DNA from: Clostridiales bacterium GWD2_32_19
GTDB taxonomy: Bacteria > Bacillota > Clostridia > Lachnospirales > UBA12420
Assembly (NCBI GenBank): GCA_001795385.1
Contig: MGOU01000047.1
Location: 1,397 to 65,396 of the forward strand
Length of the DNA: 64,000 nt
Reading direction: 5' to 3'
Positions within the stretch are counted from its first letter, which is position 1, and every line of letters starts with the position of its first letter. Shown in pieces: positions 28,293 through 38,382 of the stretch. The notes under the pieces are model-generated. The model was not told the origin of the DNA, ran no database searches, and was given only the letters and a program-made list of their open reading frames with translations. The translations under genes were made by a program, and so were the position numbers.

Positions 28293-28426
28293 CCCCGTAG
28301 CAAGCCGACGGGGTATCATGTTGTCATTGCGAGCGTTTTTTGCGAAGCAATCTCATCTTTCAAAAACGAGATTGCTTCGTCGAAAGAACCTCCTCGCAAT
28401 GACAAGATCGCGACAAGCCGACGGGG
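28293..28426. repeat. nested-palindrome MITE-like repeat, copy C (most complete)
   Basis: Core 28323-28403 is GTCATTGCGAG-N9-CGAAGCAATCTC-N13-GAGATTGCTTCG-N13-CTCGCAATGAC. It is flanked by the direct repeat CAAGCCGACGGGG (28301-28313 and 28414-28426) and the hairpin CCCCGT...ACGGGG. Confidence 0.78.
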
Positions 28427-28443
28427 AATTAAACCCAAAGAGA

Positions 28444-30390
28444 TTAACTACCTGACGATGATCCTCCTAGCATATTGCTTATGTAAGATGATTGTGTATT
28501 CATTTTTTGGATTGCCACTTCAAGTGCAGCGTATTTAGCATAATATCCATCTTCTTTATCTGCTAGTCTATCTTCCCAATCTGCTATATCTAGTTCATAA
28601 TCGATTATTTGGTTTGTTAAAAAGTTAGTTGCTTCTGAAGCATCACCCACAATACCTGCCTTCTCAACTAAGAAACCTTTTTTTCCATTTGCATCTCTAT
28701 ATGTAGAAATATTATCCTCTAATATATCATATAACCTGTTCGCTATGCCCTCTTCTTCATATCTTATTTTTCGTTCATCTAATGTAAGAGTTCTTTTATA
28801 TACCGGATGAGTTGTGGATTTTTTAGCAAATAAATCTGCAACTTTATCTGGGCTACCTTCTATTGCTGCTTTTAATTTAATTTCATCGATAACAAGCTTA
28901 CCTTTATCTTCATACCCACTTGTTGATATTCCTATACTCGCTAATAATCCAGTACCACCACCAACAGCTTCAGATATTGCAGTACGCATTTTATACACCA
29001 TACTTTGCAATATATTATCATTTTTAAGTAGTCCTGTTTTTGCTTTTTTCTCCCATGTTACAATGTCATCATCACTCATTGCTTCTCTTTCATCATCTGT
29101 AAGTGGTTGATAGTTTCTGTCATACTTTTCACTCGTTTTCAAGTTTATATTATCTATCAATTCATTATATTTAGTTATAAAAGTTTTAATATTATCATAT
29201 ACTTTCTGGGTATCTATATTCATATTAATATCTATAGTATTTGCTGTCGTAGCTTTTAATTTATAACCCACATTGTTTACAGTAAACTCATTTGAATTTC
29301 TTAAAATTTCCTGCCCATCTATAGTAACTTTTGCGTCTAAACCATTTGAGTAACTAGCCGCTGCTATATTACTAACTGCACCAAAAAATCCACCTGCAGT
29401 TTGGTTTATTATTATATTAGCACCTGCACCTTTGGTTTTTGATTCAATTGTAAACTTATCATTTACTTCATCATACTTCATTATTACATTAGCCTTTATA
29501 TTTGCATTTACTTCTGACATCATCTCTGAAAGAGTAGTATCTATGTCAAATACAAATTCTTCACTACCGTTAATGCTAAACCTTAGTTCATCTAAACCCA
29601 CTCCGCCAAATGTTAACTCTGTATTAAATCTTGTTTTTAAATCTCCTAGCTTTGCAGAAGCATTTAACCTATTTGAATCACCTGCAGTCAATTTTAGACC
29701 AGCTAATGCATCATTTTCTATAACATCGGCAGTTTGTGCTACCATGACGCTTGCTCCGTTACCTACAGTAAATTTTAGCATTCCTGAGCCTACAGAGGTT
29801 TCTGCTACTTGTATTTTACCATTTACATCATCAATTCCAGTACCAAAAGCTGTTTTTATTTTATCATTCATATCTAATATCAATGCATCCATATCCGCAT
29901 AATTGTTTAAAGTTATTGTCTTTTGTATCCCATCTAGGTTTATTTTAAATTCTTTTCCAGATAAATTCAAATCTAGAATTACAGCAGAACTTTGTACATC
30001 CTTTGTAACTCCAGCTGTGCTTTCTGCACTAGCTGCAGTCGCGAGCCTGTCTATTTTTATAGTATGATTAGCCACTGACGTTTCTGCATTTGTTGTTATA
30101 TCTACTGCATTACTTGTAAGTCCAGTTATTTTATCCATCCTCGTAGATGAAATCACTTTATAACTAGACTTTGATGTCATATTAGTTGATTGATTTAATA
30201 CATTCATATACTCACTTTTTAAAGCTGTCATCTTAGAAGTCATTTCTCTATAAGCTTCCATTCTCCACACATCTAATTGTCGTTTTTGTTTTAGTTTAAT
30301 CATTGGAGTTTTTGCAGCATCCATCAAACCTTTTACCAGTGTTTCTGTATCCATACCTGTTGCTAGTCCTGTTATTCTATTAGTTGACAT
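28444..30390 (-). CDS. fliD: flagellar filament cap protein FliD
   Basis: MSTNRITGLATGMDTETLVKGLM... N-terminus, with the conserved C-terminal coiled region. Start set at the ATG downstream of the flaG stop. Confidence 0.9.
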   Translation of the reverse strand: MSTNRITGLATGMDTETLVKGLMDAAKTPMIKLKQKRQLDVWRMEAYREMTSKMTALKSEYMNVLNQSTNMTSKSSYKVISSTRMDKITGLTSNAVDITTNAETSVANHTIKIDRLATAASAESTAGVTKDVQSSAVILDLNLSGKEFKINLDGIQKTITLNNYADMDALILDMNDKIKTAFGTGIDDVNGKIQVAETSVGSGMLKFTVGNGASVMVAQTADVIENDALAGLKLTAGDSNRLNASAKLGDLKTRFNTELTFGGVGLDELRFSINGSEEFVFDIDTTLSEMMSEVNANIKANVIMKYDEVNDKFTIESKTKGAGANIIINQTAGGFFGAVSNIAAASYSNGLDAKVTIDGQEILRNSNEFTVNNVGYKLKATTANTIDINMNIDTQKVYDNIKTFITKYNELIDNINLKTSEKYDRNYQPLTDDEREAMSDDDIVTWEKKAKTGLLKNDNILQSMVYKMRTAISEAVGGGTGLLASIGISTSGYEDKGKLVIDEIKLKAAIEGSPDKVADLFAKKSTTHPVYKRTLTLDERKIRYEEEGIANRLYDILEDNISTYRDANGKKGFLVEKAGIVGDASEATNFLTNQIIDYELDIADWEDRLADKEDGYYAKYAALEVAIQKMNTQSSYISNMLGGSSSGS

Positions 30391-30395
30391 CTCGC

Positions 30396-30791
30396 TCACC
30401 TTCTCTCATCGACAAAGATTCCAGCCATTTCCCACATTTTGGCTACCATGTCGAGAATTTTTTCTGGCGGTATTTCTCTTATTACTTCGCCAGTGTCTTT
30501 ATTAAGAACCTTTACTGATACCTGATTTGTCGCTTCATGAACTGAAAATCTAAATTCTGTGTTTGCACCTTCAAGTTTCTTATTCGCTGTTTCTACTGCT
30601 TCCATCCAAGATTTTTCAGGAATTGATGGTACATATTCTGGATATTCTTTAATTTTTTCGTCTATCGGTATTTCTACCTTTCTTTGTACTTGTTCAATTA
30701 CTTTTATAACTTCCCTAGTATCAAATTCTTGTTGCCTTACTGGTTGTCCATTTGTATTTTGTGTCGTAACATTAGATCCTTCTATTTTCAT
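30396..30791 (-). CDS. flaG: FlaG family flagellar protein
   Basis: FRFSVHEATNQVSVKVLNKDTGEVIREIPPEKILDM. Confidence 0.85.
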   Translation of the reverse strand: MKIEGSNVTTQNTNGQPVRQQEFDTREVIKVIEQVQRKVEIPIDEKIKEYPEYVPSIPEKSWMEAVETANKKLEGANTEFRFSVHEATNQVSVKVLNKDTGEVIREIPPEKILDMVAKMWEMAGIFVDERR

Positions 30792-30839
30792 ACTAACACC
30801 TCCGTGTGCACTTTCAAATTAGACTATGCCTTAATATTT

Positions 30840-30866
30840 ATATCGGCATTTTATAAATTTATTTTA
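30840..30866 (-). promoter_or_regulatory. sigma-D (sigma-28) flagellar promoter
   Basis: Minus sense TAAA-N15-GCCGATAT is an exact match to the Firmicute SigD consensus, ~50 nt upstream of the flaG ATG. Confidence 0.7.
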
Positions 30867-30900
30867 CACCTTTTACAAAAAAATTGCAAATATTTTTATT

Positions 30901-32067
30901 TTATTCGACTATTTCCTCATGCAATTTGTGCTTATTTTTATTATACACATATTGCAATAATATAGGTGTTATTATAGTAGTTACTATAACCATTATAACC
31001 ACTGCAGCAAATATAGGTTCTGTTATAATTCCTGAAGTCTTAGCTTTAGTTGCAATTATAAGTGCCACCTCTCCTCTTGCTATCATTCCAAATGATATTT
31101 TAAGTGAGTCAGTCCTATTTATTTTTGATATTCTAGATCCAAAATACCCACCTATTATTTTAGAAATTATAGCAACCAATGTCAATATTACTGCAAAAGC
31201 TATAACTTCATATGTCATACCCTCCATAGTCGCAGTCATACCTATACTTGCAAAAAATATTGGTCCAAAGAACATATATGACACAACTTCTACTTTTTCT
31301 CTTATATAATTTGTCTGATGCATGTTAGAAAAAACTAACCCTGCTATATATGCTCCTGTTATATCCGCAACACCAAACTTCTCTGCGAAATACGCAAATA
31401 ACAAACAAAAACCTAAAGCAAATATGGGTATCCTTCTTTTTCGCCCTTCACTATCGCTAAGCCATTTGAAAAATTTACGAAATTGTATACCACTAATATA
31501 GGCAATTGCAAAAAATATAACAATTTTTATCAAAACCATACTGATAGGTTCGGCTGCTGAATTCATTCTACTTATTAGAACAGATAATATAACTATCCCA
31601 ATAACATCGTCAACTAAAGCAGCTCCTAAAATCGTTCTACCTGCAGTGCTATCTAATTTTTTCATTTCATTCAATGTCTCCACTGTTATACTAACAGATG
31701 TAGCACTCAAAACTGCACCAATAAATATACTCGTTATTGCATCAAAATTAAATAATGTCCCTATTGCAAACCCGAATGCAAATGGTGCTATAACACCACC
31801 CATTGCAACTATCACATATGATTTCATATTTTTCTTAAACCTATTTATATCCGTTTCAAGCCCTGCCTCAAACATTATAATTATTACCCCTATTTCAGCA
31901 ATAACCTTCAAAATTTCATCTTCATGAATTATACCCATTAGCATAGGTCCTAGCACTACTCCTACCAGAAGAGAACCAACAACTTTTGGCATGTACATTC
32001 TTTTGCTTGCTATACCAAACAGCTTTGATGCTATTAGTATTATACCTATAGTTAGTATATATGACAT
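30901..32067 (-). CDS. cation:proton antiporter (CPA2/Kef-type)
   Basis: 388 aa, ~11 TM helices, Na_H_exchanger pattern. Confidence 0.82.
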   Translation of the reverse strand: MSYILTIGIILIASKLFGIASKRMYMPKVVGSLLVGVVLGPMLMGIIHEDEILKVIAEIGVIIIMFEAGLETDINRFKKNMKSYVIVAMGGVIAPFAFGFAIGTLFNFDAITSIFIGAVLSATSVSITVETLNEMKKLDSTAGRTILGAALVDDVIGIVILSVLISRMNSAAEPISMVLIKIVIFFAIAYISGIQFRKFFKWLSDSEGRKRRIPIFALGFCLLFAYFAEKFGVADITGAYIAGLVFSNMHQTNYIREKVEVVSYMFFGPIFFASIGMTATMEGMTYEVIAFAVILTLVAIISKIIGGYFGSRISKINRTDSLKISFGMIARGEVALIIATKAKTSGIITEPIFAAVVIMVIVTTIITPILLQYVYNKNKHKLHEEIVE

Positions 32068-32163
32068 ATGACTTACCTCCGATTTTATAACAGATAGCAG
32101 TTAAAATAAAAGTAAAACAAAAGTTTTATCTTATATATTCTAACTGCTATCCGCTATTTTAAA

Positions 32164-33903
32164 CTAATTTATCTTTTCTACTTCTAACATAAATTCTTTC
32201 TTCATGTTTTCTAGCATTTCTATAGCTTGTACCTCTGAATCAGCTTTTGCTCCAAAATACACCTTAACTTTAGGCTCTGTGCCTGAAGGTCGAACACAAA
32301 TCCATGAGTTTTCTGATAATTCATATCTTAACACATTTGAAATTGGTAATTCCTTATATTCCGATAAAATACCCGTTTTGAAGTTATTACAGGTCTGTAA
32401 TTCATAATCTTTTTTCTTCATAACCTTAAGTCCTGCAATACCTGTGATATCGCTGTTCCTTAAGGCCTGCATAATTCTTTTTATTTTTTCTTCCCCTTCT
32501 TTTCCTTCATGCTTTATATTTACAGTTGTCTCTTTATAATATCCATATTTTTCGTATAGTTCCTGCATGTATTCATATAGTGTTATACCCTTTTCTTTGC
32601 AAATTGCTGCAACTTCACATATTAGCATTGCAGAAACTATAGCGTCCTTATCTCTAGCATGTTTACCCGCAAGATAACCAAAGCTTTCTTCAAAACCAAA
32701 TATAAACTCCCCTGAATTATCTCTTTCTAATTCTTCTACTTTACCACCAATATATTTGAAACCTGTAAGGACACTCTCTAGTCTTGCTCCATAATGTTCT
32801 GCCACAGCTCTTGTCATCTCTGTAGACACAATCGTAGATACAACTACTGGTGATTTATGAAGTATACCCTTTCTGTGTTGTTCTCCTAATATATACTCTG
32901 TAAGAATTACCCCCGTCATGTTTCCAGACAAAACTTCATATTCATCATTCTTATTTTTTACAACTACCCCTATTCTATCCGCATCTGGGTCTGTACCTAT
33001 TATCACATCAGCGTTTCTTTCTTTTGCATATTCGAGTGCAAGCGTAAATGCCTTTGGGTCTTCTGGATTTGGATATTCTACAGTAGTGAAATCTGGATCT
33101 GGATTTTCTTGTTCTGGTACTACAAATACATTTTTAAATCCAATTTCAGACAATACTCTTTTTACTGGCTTATTTCCAGTTCCATTAAGTGGTGTATATA
33201 TAATACTCAAGTCATTTGCAACCTTTTTTACTATATCAGCATTTAAGCTTTGTTTCTTTATTACCTCTATATATTTGTCATCCATTTCTTCTAAAACCTC
33301 AATATACAATCCCGCATCTCGTGCTTCTTGCTCATCCATTGTTTTTACTACACTATAATCATTTATTTTATTTACTTCATTTATTATTTGCTCGTCTCTT
33401 GGCTCTGATACTTGGCATCCATCTAACCAATAAGCTTTATAGCCGTTATATTTTGGTGGATTATGGCTAGCCGTAATCATTATACCAGATATACATCCAA
33501 GCTCTCTAATTGTATAAGAAAGTTCTGGAGTAGGTCTTAGCTCTTTAAAAATGTATGTTTTTATTCCATTTGCATTAAGTACTAAAGCAGCTTGCTTGGC
33601 AAAATCCGTTGACTTATGTCTACAATCATAACTTATAGCTACTCCCATGTCTTTCGTATATTCTGGTTGTTTCAATATAAAATTAGCTAGTCCTTGAGTT
33701 GCCTTGCCTACAACATATTTATTCATTCTATTTGTACCGGCTCCGATTACACCCCTAAGTCCCGCAGTACCAAACTCAATTTCCTTATAAAACCTATCCT
33801 CTATTTCTTTTTCATTATCCTTTATACTTAATAGCTCTTCCTTTGTCGCATCATCTATATATTCACTCTCTAACCAAAATTTATACTTCCCTTTATAATC
33901 CAT
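32164..33903 (-). CDS. pgcA: phosphoglucomutase / phosphomannomutase (alpha-D-phosphohexomutase)
   Basis: Active-site TASHNPPKYNGYK and metal loop GTDPDADR. Confidence 0.9.
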   Translation of the reverse strand: MDYKGKYKFWLESEYIDDATKEELLSIKDNEKEIEDRFYKEIEFGTAGLRGVIGAGTNRMNKYVVGKATQGLANFILKQPEYTKDMGVAISYDCRHKSTDFAKQAALVLNANGIKTYIFKELRPTPELSYTIRELGCISGIMITASHNPPKYNGYKAYWLDGCQVSEPRDEQIINEVNKINDYSVVKTMDEQEARDAGLYIEVLEEMDDKYIEVIKKQSLNADIVKKVANDLSIIYTPLNGTGNKPVKRVLSEIGFKNVFVVPEQENPDPDFTTVEYPNPEDPKAFTLALEYAKERNADVIIGTDPDADRIGVVVKNKNDEYEVLSGNMTGVILTEYILGEQHRKGILHKSPVVVSTIVSTEMTRAVAEHYGARLESVLTGFKYIGGKVEELERDNSGEFIFGFEESFGYLAGKHARDKDAIVSAMLICEVAAICKEKGITLYEYMQELYEKYGYYKETTVNIKHEGKEGEEKIKRIMQALRNSDITGIAGLKVMKKKDYELQTCNNFKTGILSEYKELPISNVLRYELSENSWICVRPSGTEPKVKVYFGAKADSEVQAIEMLENMKKEFMLEVEKIN

Positions 33904-35290
33904 TTGTACTTCCCCCTCTGATTTTTTTATCTATCGCTTTTGCCGCTTTTTTACCTGCTTTTATTGCCTCTATTACAGTAGATCCACCAGATACTACATC
34001 TCCACCTGCAAATATGTTTTCTTTGCTCGTTTCCATGGTTTCATTATGTACTAGTATACCTCCACCTGCGTGTGTACTTATATTTTGTGTATTTTTAGTT
34101 ATCGACGTATGATCATGTTCTTGTCCTATAGCAATGATTGTAATATCTACATCAATAAAGAAATTACTACCATCTACAGCCTTTGTCTTTATTCTTCCTG
34201 ATTCATCAGTTGATGATACTTCCATTTTCACAAGTTCTATCTTCTCTAATCTTCCATCATTACCGATAAATCTGACTGGATTTACTAACTCCATAATTTT
34301 TATATTTTCCTCTTCTGCATGATGTATTTCACTTTTTCTTGCGGGCATTTCTGTTCTAGTTTTCCTATATATTATTGTAACATCTTCTGCACCAAGTCTT
34401 TTTAGTACCCTTGCTGCATCCATAGCCACATTGCCACCACCTATGACAACAGCCTTTTTGCCAACCTCAAGTCCGTGATTCTTGCCATGCAGATTAACTT
34501 TAAATAAATACTCATAGGCTGTGTAGACCCCTTTTAAGTTTTCACCATCTATTTCTAACATTTTGGGTTTACTTGCTCCTGTACCAATAAATATTGCATT
34601 AAACCCATTCTGATATAGTTCCTCAATAGTGATATCTACGCCTAGCCTTTTATTTTTTACAAACTCTACTCCCTGTTTTTGCAAGTACTCTATTTCCCTA
34701 TCAACAATTTTCCTCGACAAACGAAATTTTGGTATACCATATATAAGTATTCCACCCATTGTATCAAGCGCCTCATATAAAGTTACACTATACCCACCTT
34801 CTACCAAATCTCTTGCACAAGCAAGACCTGCTGGTCCTGAACCTACAACAGCTACTTTTATATTATTCTTTGTTATTTTCTTTTCTGTATTCATATTTTC
34901 GAGGGTATAATCTGCGCAGAATCTTTCTAATAAACCAATGGCAAGTGGTTCACCTTTTTTTCCTCTTATACAGTTTCCTTCACACTGATCTTCTTGGGGA
35001 CATACCCTGCCACATATAGCAGGAAAGTTATTATGACTTTTTACTGTCTCATATGCCTCTTGTATATTACCTTCTGCAATTTTGCCAATGAATTCAGGTA
35101 TATCGTTACTTATCGGACATCCCTTTACACATGGTTTTGTCTTACAATTAATACATCTTTGGGCTTCGAGTATGGCCTCATCCTTGGTAAATCCATGTAC
35201 AACTTCATCAAAGTTTGATAACCTTTCATTTATATTCTGTTCTTCCACTTTCACCCTTTTATTCAAATCTTGCATGGCTCTATCCTCCAT
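33893..35290 (-). CDS. GltD/NfnB-family NADPH-dependent FAD oxidoreductase (glutamate synthase small-chain-like)
   Basis: Fe-S motif CINCKTKPCVKGCP and dinucleotide folds VAVVGSGPAGLACA and VVIGGGNVAMDAA. Confidence 0.82.
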   Translation of the reverse strand: MEDRAMQDLNKRVKVEEQNINERLSNFDEVVHGFTKDEAILEAQRCINCKTKPCVKGCPISNDIPEFIGKIAEGNIQEAYETVKSHNNFPAICGRVCPQEDQCEGNCIRGKKGEPLAIGLLERFCADYTLENMNTEKKITKNNIKVAVVGSGPAGLACARDLVEGGYSVTLYEALDTMGGILIYGIPKFRLSRKIVDREIEYLQKQGVEFVKNKRLGVDITIEELYQNGFNAIFIGTGASKPKMLEIDGENLKGVYTAYEYLFKVNLHGKNHGLEVGKKAVVIGGGNVAMDAARVLKRLGAEDVTIIYRKTRTEMPARKSEIHHAEEENIKIMELVNPVRFIGNDGRLEKIELVKMEVSSTDESGRIKTKAVDGSNFFIDVDITIIAIGQEHDHTSITKNTQNISTHAGGGILVHNETMETSKENIFAGGDVVSGGSTVIEAIKAGKKAAKAIDKKIRGGSTNGL

Positions 35291-35378
35291 AATTTTATAA
35301 TATCCCTATTTTAACTTAATAAGCAAAAAAAATCAAGCAATTTAGCTCGATTTTTTCTGCTTATTAGGTTAACTAATA

Positions 35379-35600
35379 TTATTTAAGTTCCTTAAGTTTT
35401 TCTATTGACTTATCTGATATTGTATTTGCTGCTTTATTTTCTTGTTGAATTTGTAAGAAAATTTCTTTTCTATGCACTTGCACACTTCTAGGTGCGCTTA
35501 TAGCTATCTTTACTTGGTCCGCTTGAATATCAACGATAGTTATTTCTATATCTTGACCTATCATGATACTTTCGCCTTTCTTCCTTGAAAGGGCCAACAT
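35379..35600 (-). CDS. csrA: carbon storage regulator CsrA
   Basis: [25 protein letters not shown]...; 73 aa. Confidence 0.92.
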   Translation of the reverse strand: MLALSRKKGESIMIGQDIEITIVDIQADQVKIAISAPRSVQVHRKEIFLQIQQENKAANTISDKSIEKLKELK

Positions 35601-36073
35601 TATTTTCCACCCTCTTCAAACTTCTTCTTCATTTGCTCCATATCTTGATATAGATATTGTCTTATTGCATATTCTTGATTTTCTGAAATTACTTGTGCGC
35701 CTCTTTTTGTAGTTTGGTTTATAAGTATTGGTGCTCTTAAGTTTACAGTCATGTCTTTAATGTCTTCTGGAACTACAACTACATTAAATACTGATAAATC
35801 TGCTGCTGTTGTATGTCCTAGGAAATCAACATATTCGTCTTTCACTTCTGGACTATAGTCTGGGTAGACTGCATGTGGATTAACTAAAGCAAATGCAACA
35901 TCTCCATCTTCTACTGATTGTAACCAGAAGAAAGGTCCTTCCTTTTGATTTTCCTCATTTGTAAGTAACACATAATTCTTCATATTTGTAAATCCTGGCA
36001 TTCCATCCCTGAAATTAATGATTTTATCCTCTTCTACGTTAATTTGTCCAAAATGTCTTGTTTGTACCATCAT
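35600..36073 (-). CDS. fliW: flagellar assembly factor FliW
   Basis: [21 protein letters not shown]...FFWLQS. Its stop overlaps the csrA start. Confidence 0.9.
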   Translation of the reverse strand: MMVQTRHFGQINVEEDKIINFRDGMPGFTNMKNYVLLTNEENQKEGPFFWLQSVEDGDVAFALVNPHAVYPDYSPEVKDEYVDFLGHTTAADLSVFNVVVVPEDIKDMTVNLRAPILINQTTKRGAQVISENQEYAIRQYLYQDMEQMKKKFEEGGK

Positions 36074-36191
36074 AAATCTCCACCTCTCATAATTTCAATG
36101 CACCATTTTAAGTGTACATTGCTCATTTTTTCAGAACTTGCATTGCAAATTCATCTTTTCACCAGCGACTATTCACTAGCCACTACATTTG

Positions 36192-36866
36192 CTATTTCAC
36201 CGCTACTGCTAAACAAAGAGTATATACCTCACTTCCATGTGCCGTCAGGATTTCCGCACACCCTTCAAGTGTACTCCCGGTAGTATATATATCATCAATT
36301 AGCAATACCTTTTTATAGCTTACATTTTGTTTATCGACAAGTTTGAAAGATTTCTTTAGGTTTATTTTTCGCATTTTTACATTTAAATTATTTTGAGGCT
36401 TAGTATCTTTCAATCGAAAGATGTATTTTTTATCATGCTTGATATTTACCTTTTTTGATAGTGCCTTAGATATAATTTCAGATTGATTATATCCACGCAC
36501 TTTAAGCCTATTTTTGTGAATAGGCACAGGTATGACAACATCTATATTGTGTATCTTTATTATATCTTCAAATTTTTCCTGCATCATTTCTGCAAGTATT
36601 TTACCATAGTGTTCTTTCTTTCCATATTTATACCTATGTATCACTTCTTTAAGATACTCATTATACACAACTACACCATAATTTCTCTTAATAAAAACAT
36701 TTCTTTTATTAAAAAACTCATTTTCGCAATCATTCTTTATATACTGTATATATTTTTTACAATTCGAGCAAAAAATATTCTTATCCTCAACAGGCATTAT
36801 TTTCATGCAAACAAGGCACTTTCTCGGATAAATAAAATCAAGTAACAAACCAAACATGTTAAACAC
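36192..36866 (-). CDS. comFC: ComF-family phosphoribosyltransferase-like protein
   Basis: N-terminal CxxC...CxxC and the PRT motif VLLIDDIYTTGSTL. Confidence 0.85.
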   Translation of the reverse strand: MFNMFGLLLDFIYPRKCLVCMKIMPVEDKNIFCSNCKKYIQYIKNDCENEFFNKRNVFIKRNYGVVVYNEYLKEVIHRYKYGKKEHYGKILAEMMQEKFEDIIKIHNIDVVIPVPIHKNRLKVRGYNQSEIISKALSKKVNIKHDKKYIFRLKDTKPQNNLNVKMRKINLKKSFKLVDKQNVSYKKVLLIDDIYTTGSTLEGCAEILTAHGSEVYTLCLAVAVK

Positions 36867-36873
36867 TCCAGTC

Positions 36874-37599
36874 TCAATTCATTCTCTGCCTAACTGCCTC
36901 ATACATCAATATTGCCGCTGCTACAGATGCATTTAGAGAATTTATTTGCCCTTTCATAGGTATAGATGCAACCATATCACAATTTTCTTTAATCAGCCTG
37001 CTTACGCCTTCGCCTTCCGCTCCAATGACGATTGCTATCGGCATTTTGAAATCTATATCATACATTTGTTTTCCATCCATATCTGCCGCAACAACCCATA
37101 TTCCTTGCTTTTTCAAATCTTTTATTGTAGCATTTAGATTCGTCACCTTTGCAACCTTTGTATATTCTATCGCCCCTGCCGATGTCTTTGCTACTATTTG
37201 TGTAAGTCCCACAGAACGCCTTTTAGGTATTATAATCCCATGAGCACCCGATATATTGGCAGTACGAATAATCGCACCAAGATTGTGTGGATCCGTCACC
37301 TCATCGAGTATGATCAAAAACGGGGTCTCGTTTTTACTATAAGCCTCATTTAATAAATCTTCTACCTCAAAATACTCATATTCACTTACTATTGCCATAA
37401 CCCCTTGATGGTTTTTCGTCTCAGAAAGCTCATCAAGTTTTGCCCTGTCAACCTCTTGAATAATTACATCTTTTTCACGAGCTATGCCAAAAATAGTCTG
37501 TATACTACCTTCCTTTTGCCCTTTCATCACCAATATTTTTTCTATACTCCTATCCGATCTCAAAACTTCCCTAACCGAATTTCTTCCTTCTATAATCAT
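36874..37599 (-). CDS. rlmB: 23S rRNA (guanosine2251-2'-O)-methyltransferase (SpoU/TrmH family)
   Basis: DEVTDPHNLGAIIRTA, IVIGAEGEGVS, INSLNASVAAAILMYE. Confidence 0.88.
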   Translation of the reverse strand: MIIEGRNSVREVLRSDRSIEKILVMKGQKEGSIQTIFGIAREKDVIIQEVDRAKLDELSETKNHQGVMAIVSEYEYFEVEDLLNEAYSKNETPFLIILDEVTDPHNLGAIIRTANISGAHGIIIPKRRSVGLTQIVAKTSAGAIEYTKVAKVTNLNATIKDLKKQGIWVVAADMDGKQMYDIDFKMPIAIVIGAEGEGVSRLIKENCDMVASIPMKGQINSLNASVAAAILMYEAVRQRMN

Positions 37600-37723
37600 G
37601 TAATCACTCCATTTCTTGGGTTACCATAAAAGTTTATTTCTTCTTATATTATTCTATCTTTAGTTATTTTTAACCCTATCTATTTTAACATTTCTATGTA
37701 ATTATAGCAATATAATTATTTTA

Positions 37724-38176
37724 CTATGGTTGCGCCTCTACAGTTTCTAAAGTATCCTCATCTTCAATTAATTTATGTAGTTCTATATCCTGTTCTTGAA
37801 AATATCTGTCCAACACTTTGTCATATACCTCTTGCAAATCACCTTTGGTATCATTAGAAACTTCTTCACCTTTAAACTCCTGCTCTTTTCCGTCTGGATA
37901 TTTAATAACCATTTTATTACCTTCAAAATCTGCATCTCTATAAGTAGGATAATATGTAACCGTTTTACCACTTCCTTGATCCACAACAACATTATTGTTT
38001 TCGTTTAAAACAAGAGTTGCTGTCATCCCGTTAGGCAATGTAACCTTAAGTGAGCTTTCATTTTCAGATTCTTCAATAATCCTCTTCTCTTCTTTATGCG
38101 CCTTATAATTTTCATCAATATAAGCAGCAGCAAATATTGTAGCTACTAAAACTATAATTTTAAGTTTTCCACCCAT
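37724..38176 (-). CDS. membrane-anchored/secreted protein, paralogue of the 38383-38919 lipoprotein
   Basis: N-terminal hydrophobic anchor. The C-terminal block VYDKVLDRYFQEQDIELHK matches AYDIAIDKFFEEQGVNLPK in the neighbour. Confidence 0.6.
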   Translation of the reverse strand: MGGKLKIIVLVATIFAAAYIDENYKAHKEEKRIIEESENESSLKVTLPNGMTATLVLNENNNVVVDQGSGKTVTYYPTYRDADFEGNKMVIKYPDGKEQEFKGEEVSNDTKGDLQEVYDKVLDRYFQEQDIELHKLIEDEDTLETVEAQP

Positions 38177-38348
38177 ATGTTGCCTCCTATCGTTGTCTCA
38201 TATTGCTATATTTTTATACATATAGTACCATATTTTTTGTTTATTTTCAATCTATTTAAAATTTCTATTTTTTAGAAACTTTTAACCATTCTACTTATAG
38301 TGCCGACTTGCTTGTACCCTACAGAAAATAGCACTTTATTAATAAATT

Positions 38349-38376
38349 AAAAAAGAATACCCCTGTATTCCTTTTT
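38349..38376 (-). terminator. weak intrinsic terminator
   Basis: Minus sense GAATAC-AGGG-GTATTC followed by T6. Confidence 0.4.
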
Positions 38377-38382
38377 AATTTA

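Noticed and set aside
32089..32151. 11-bp inverted repeat GATAGCAGTTA…TAACTGCTATC between pgm and the antiporter gene
   Set aside because: It has a 41-nt loop and no U-tail. It may be a weak terminator or leader structure, but nothing distinguishes it from chance in AT-rich DNA.
28814..33470. Many plus-strand ORFs within fliD, flaG, the antiporter and pgm (e.g. 29432-29902, 30884-31309, 32918-33358)
   Set aside because: All are antisense to well-supported genes. They have S/F/I-rich low-complexity products and no RBS.
33893..35290. Calling the GltD-like gene NfnB (NADH-dependent ferredoxin:NADP oxidoreductase)
   Set aside because: No NfnA-like partner gene is adjacent (the neighbours are pgm and csrA). 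The sequence alone cannot separate NfnB, GltD and SudA-type enzymes, so I kept a family-level call.
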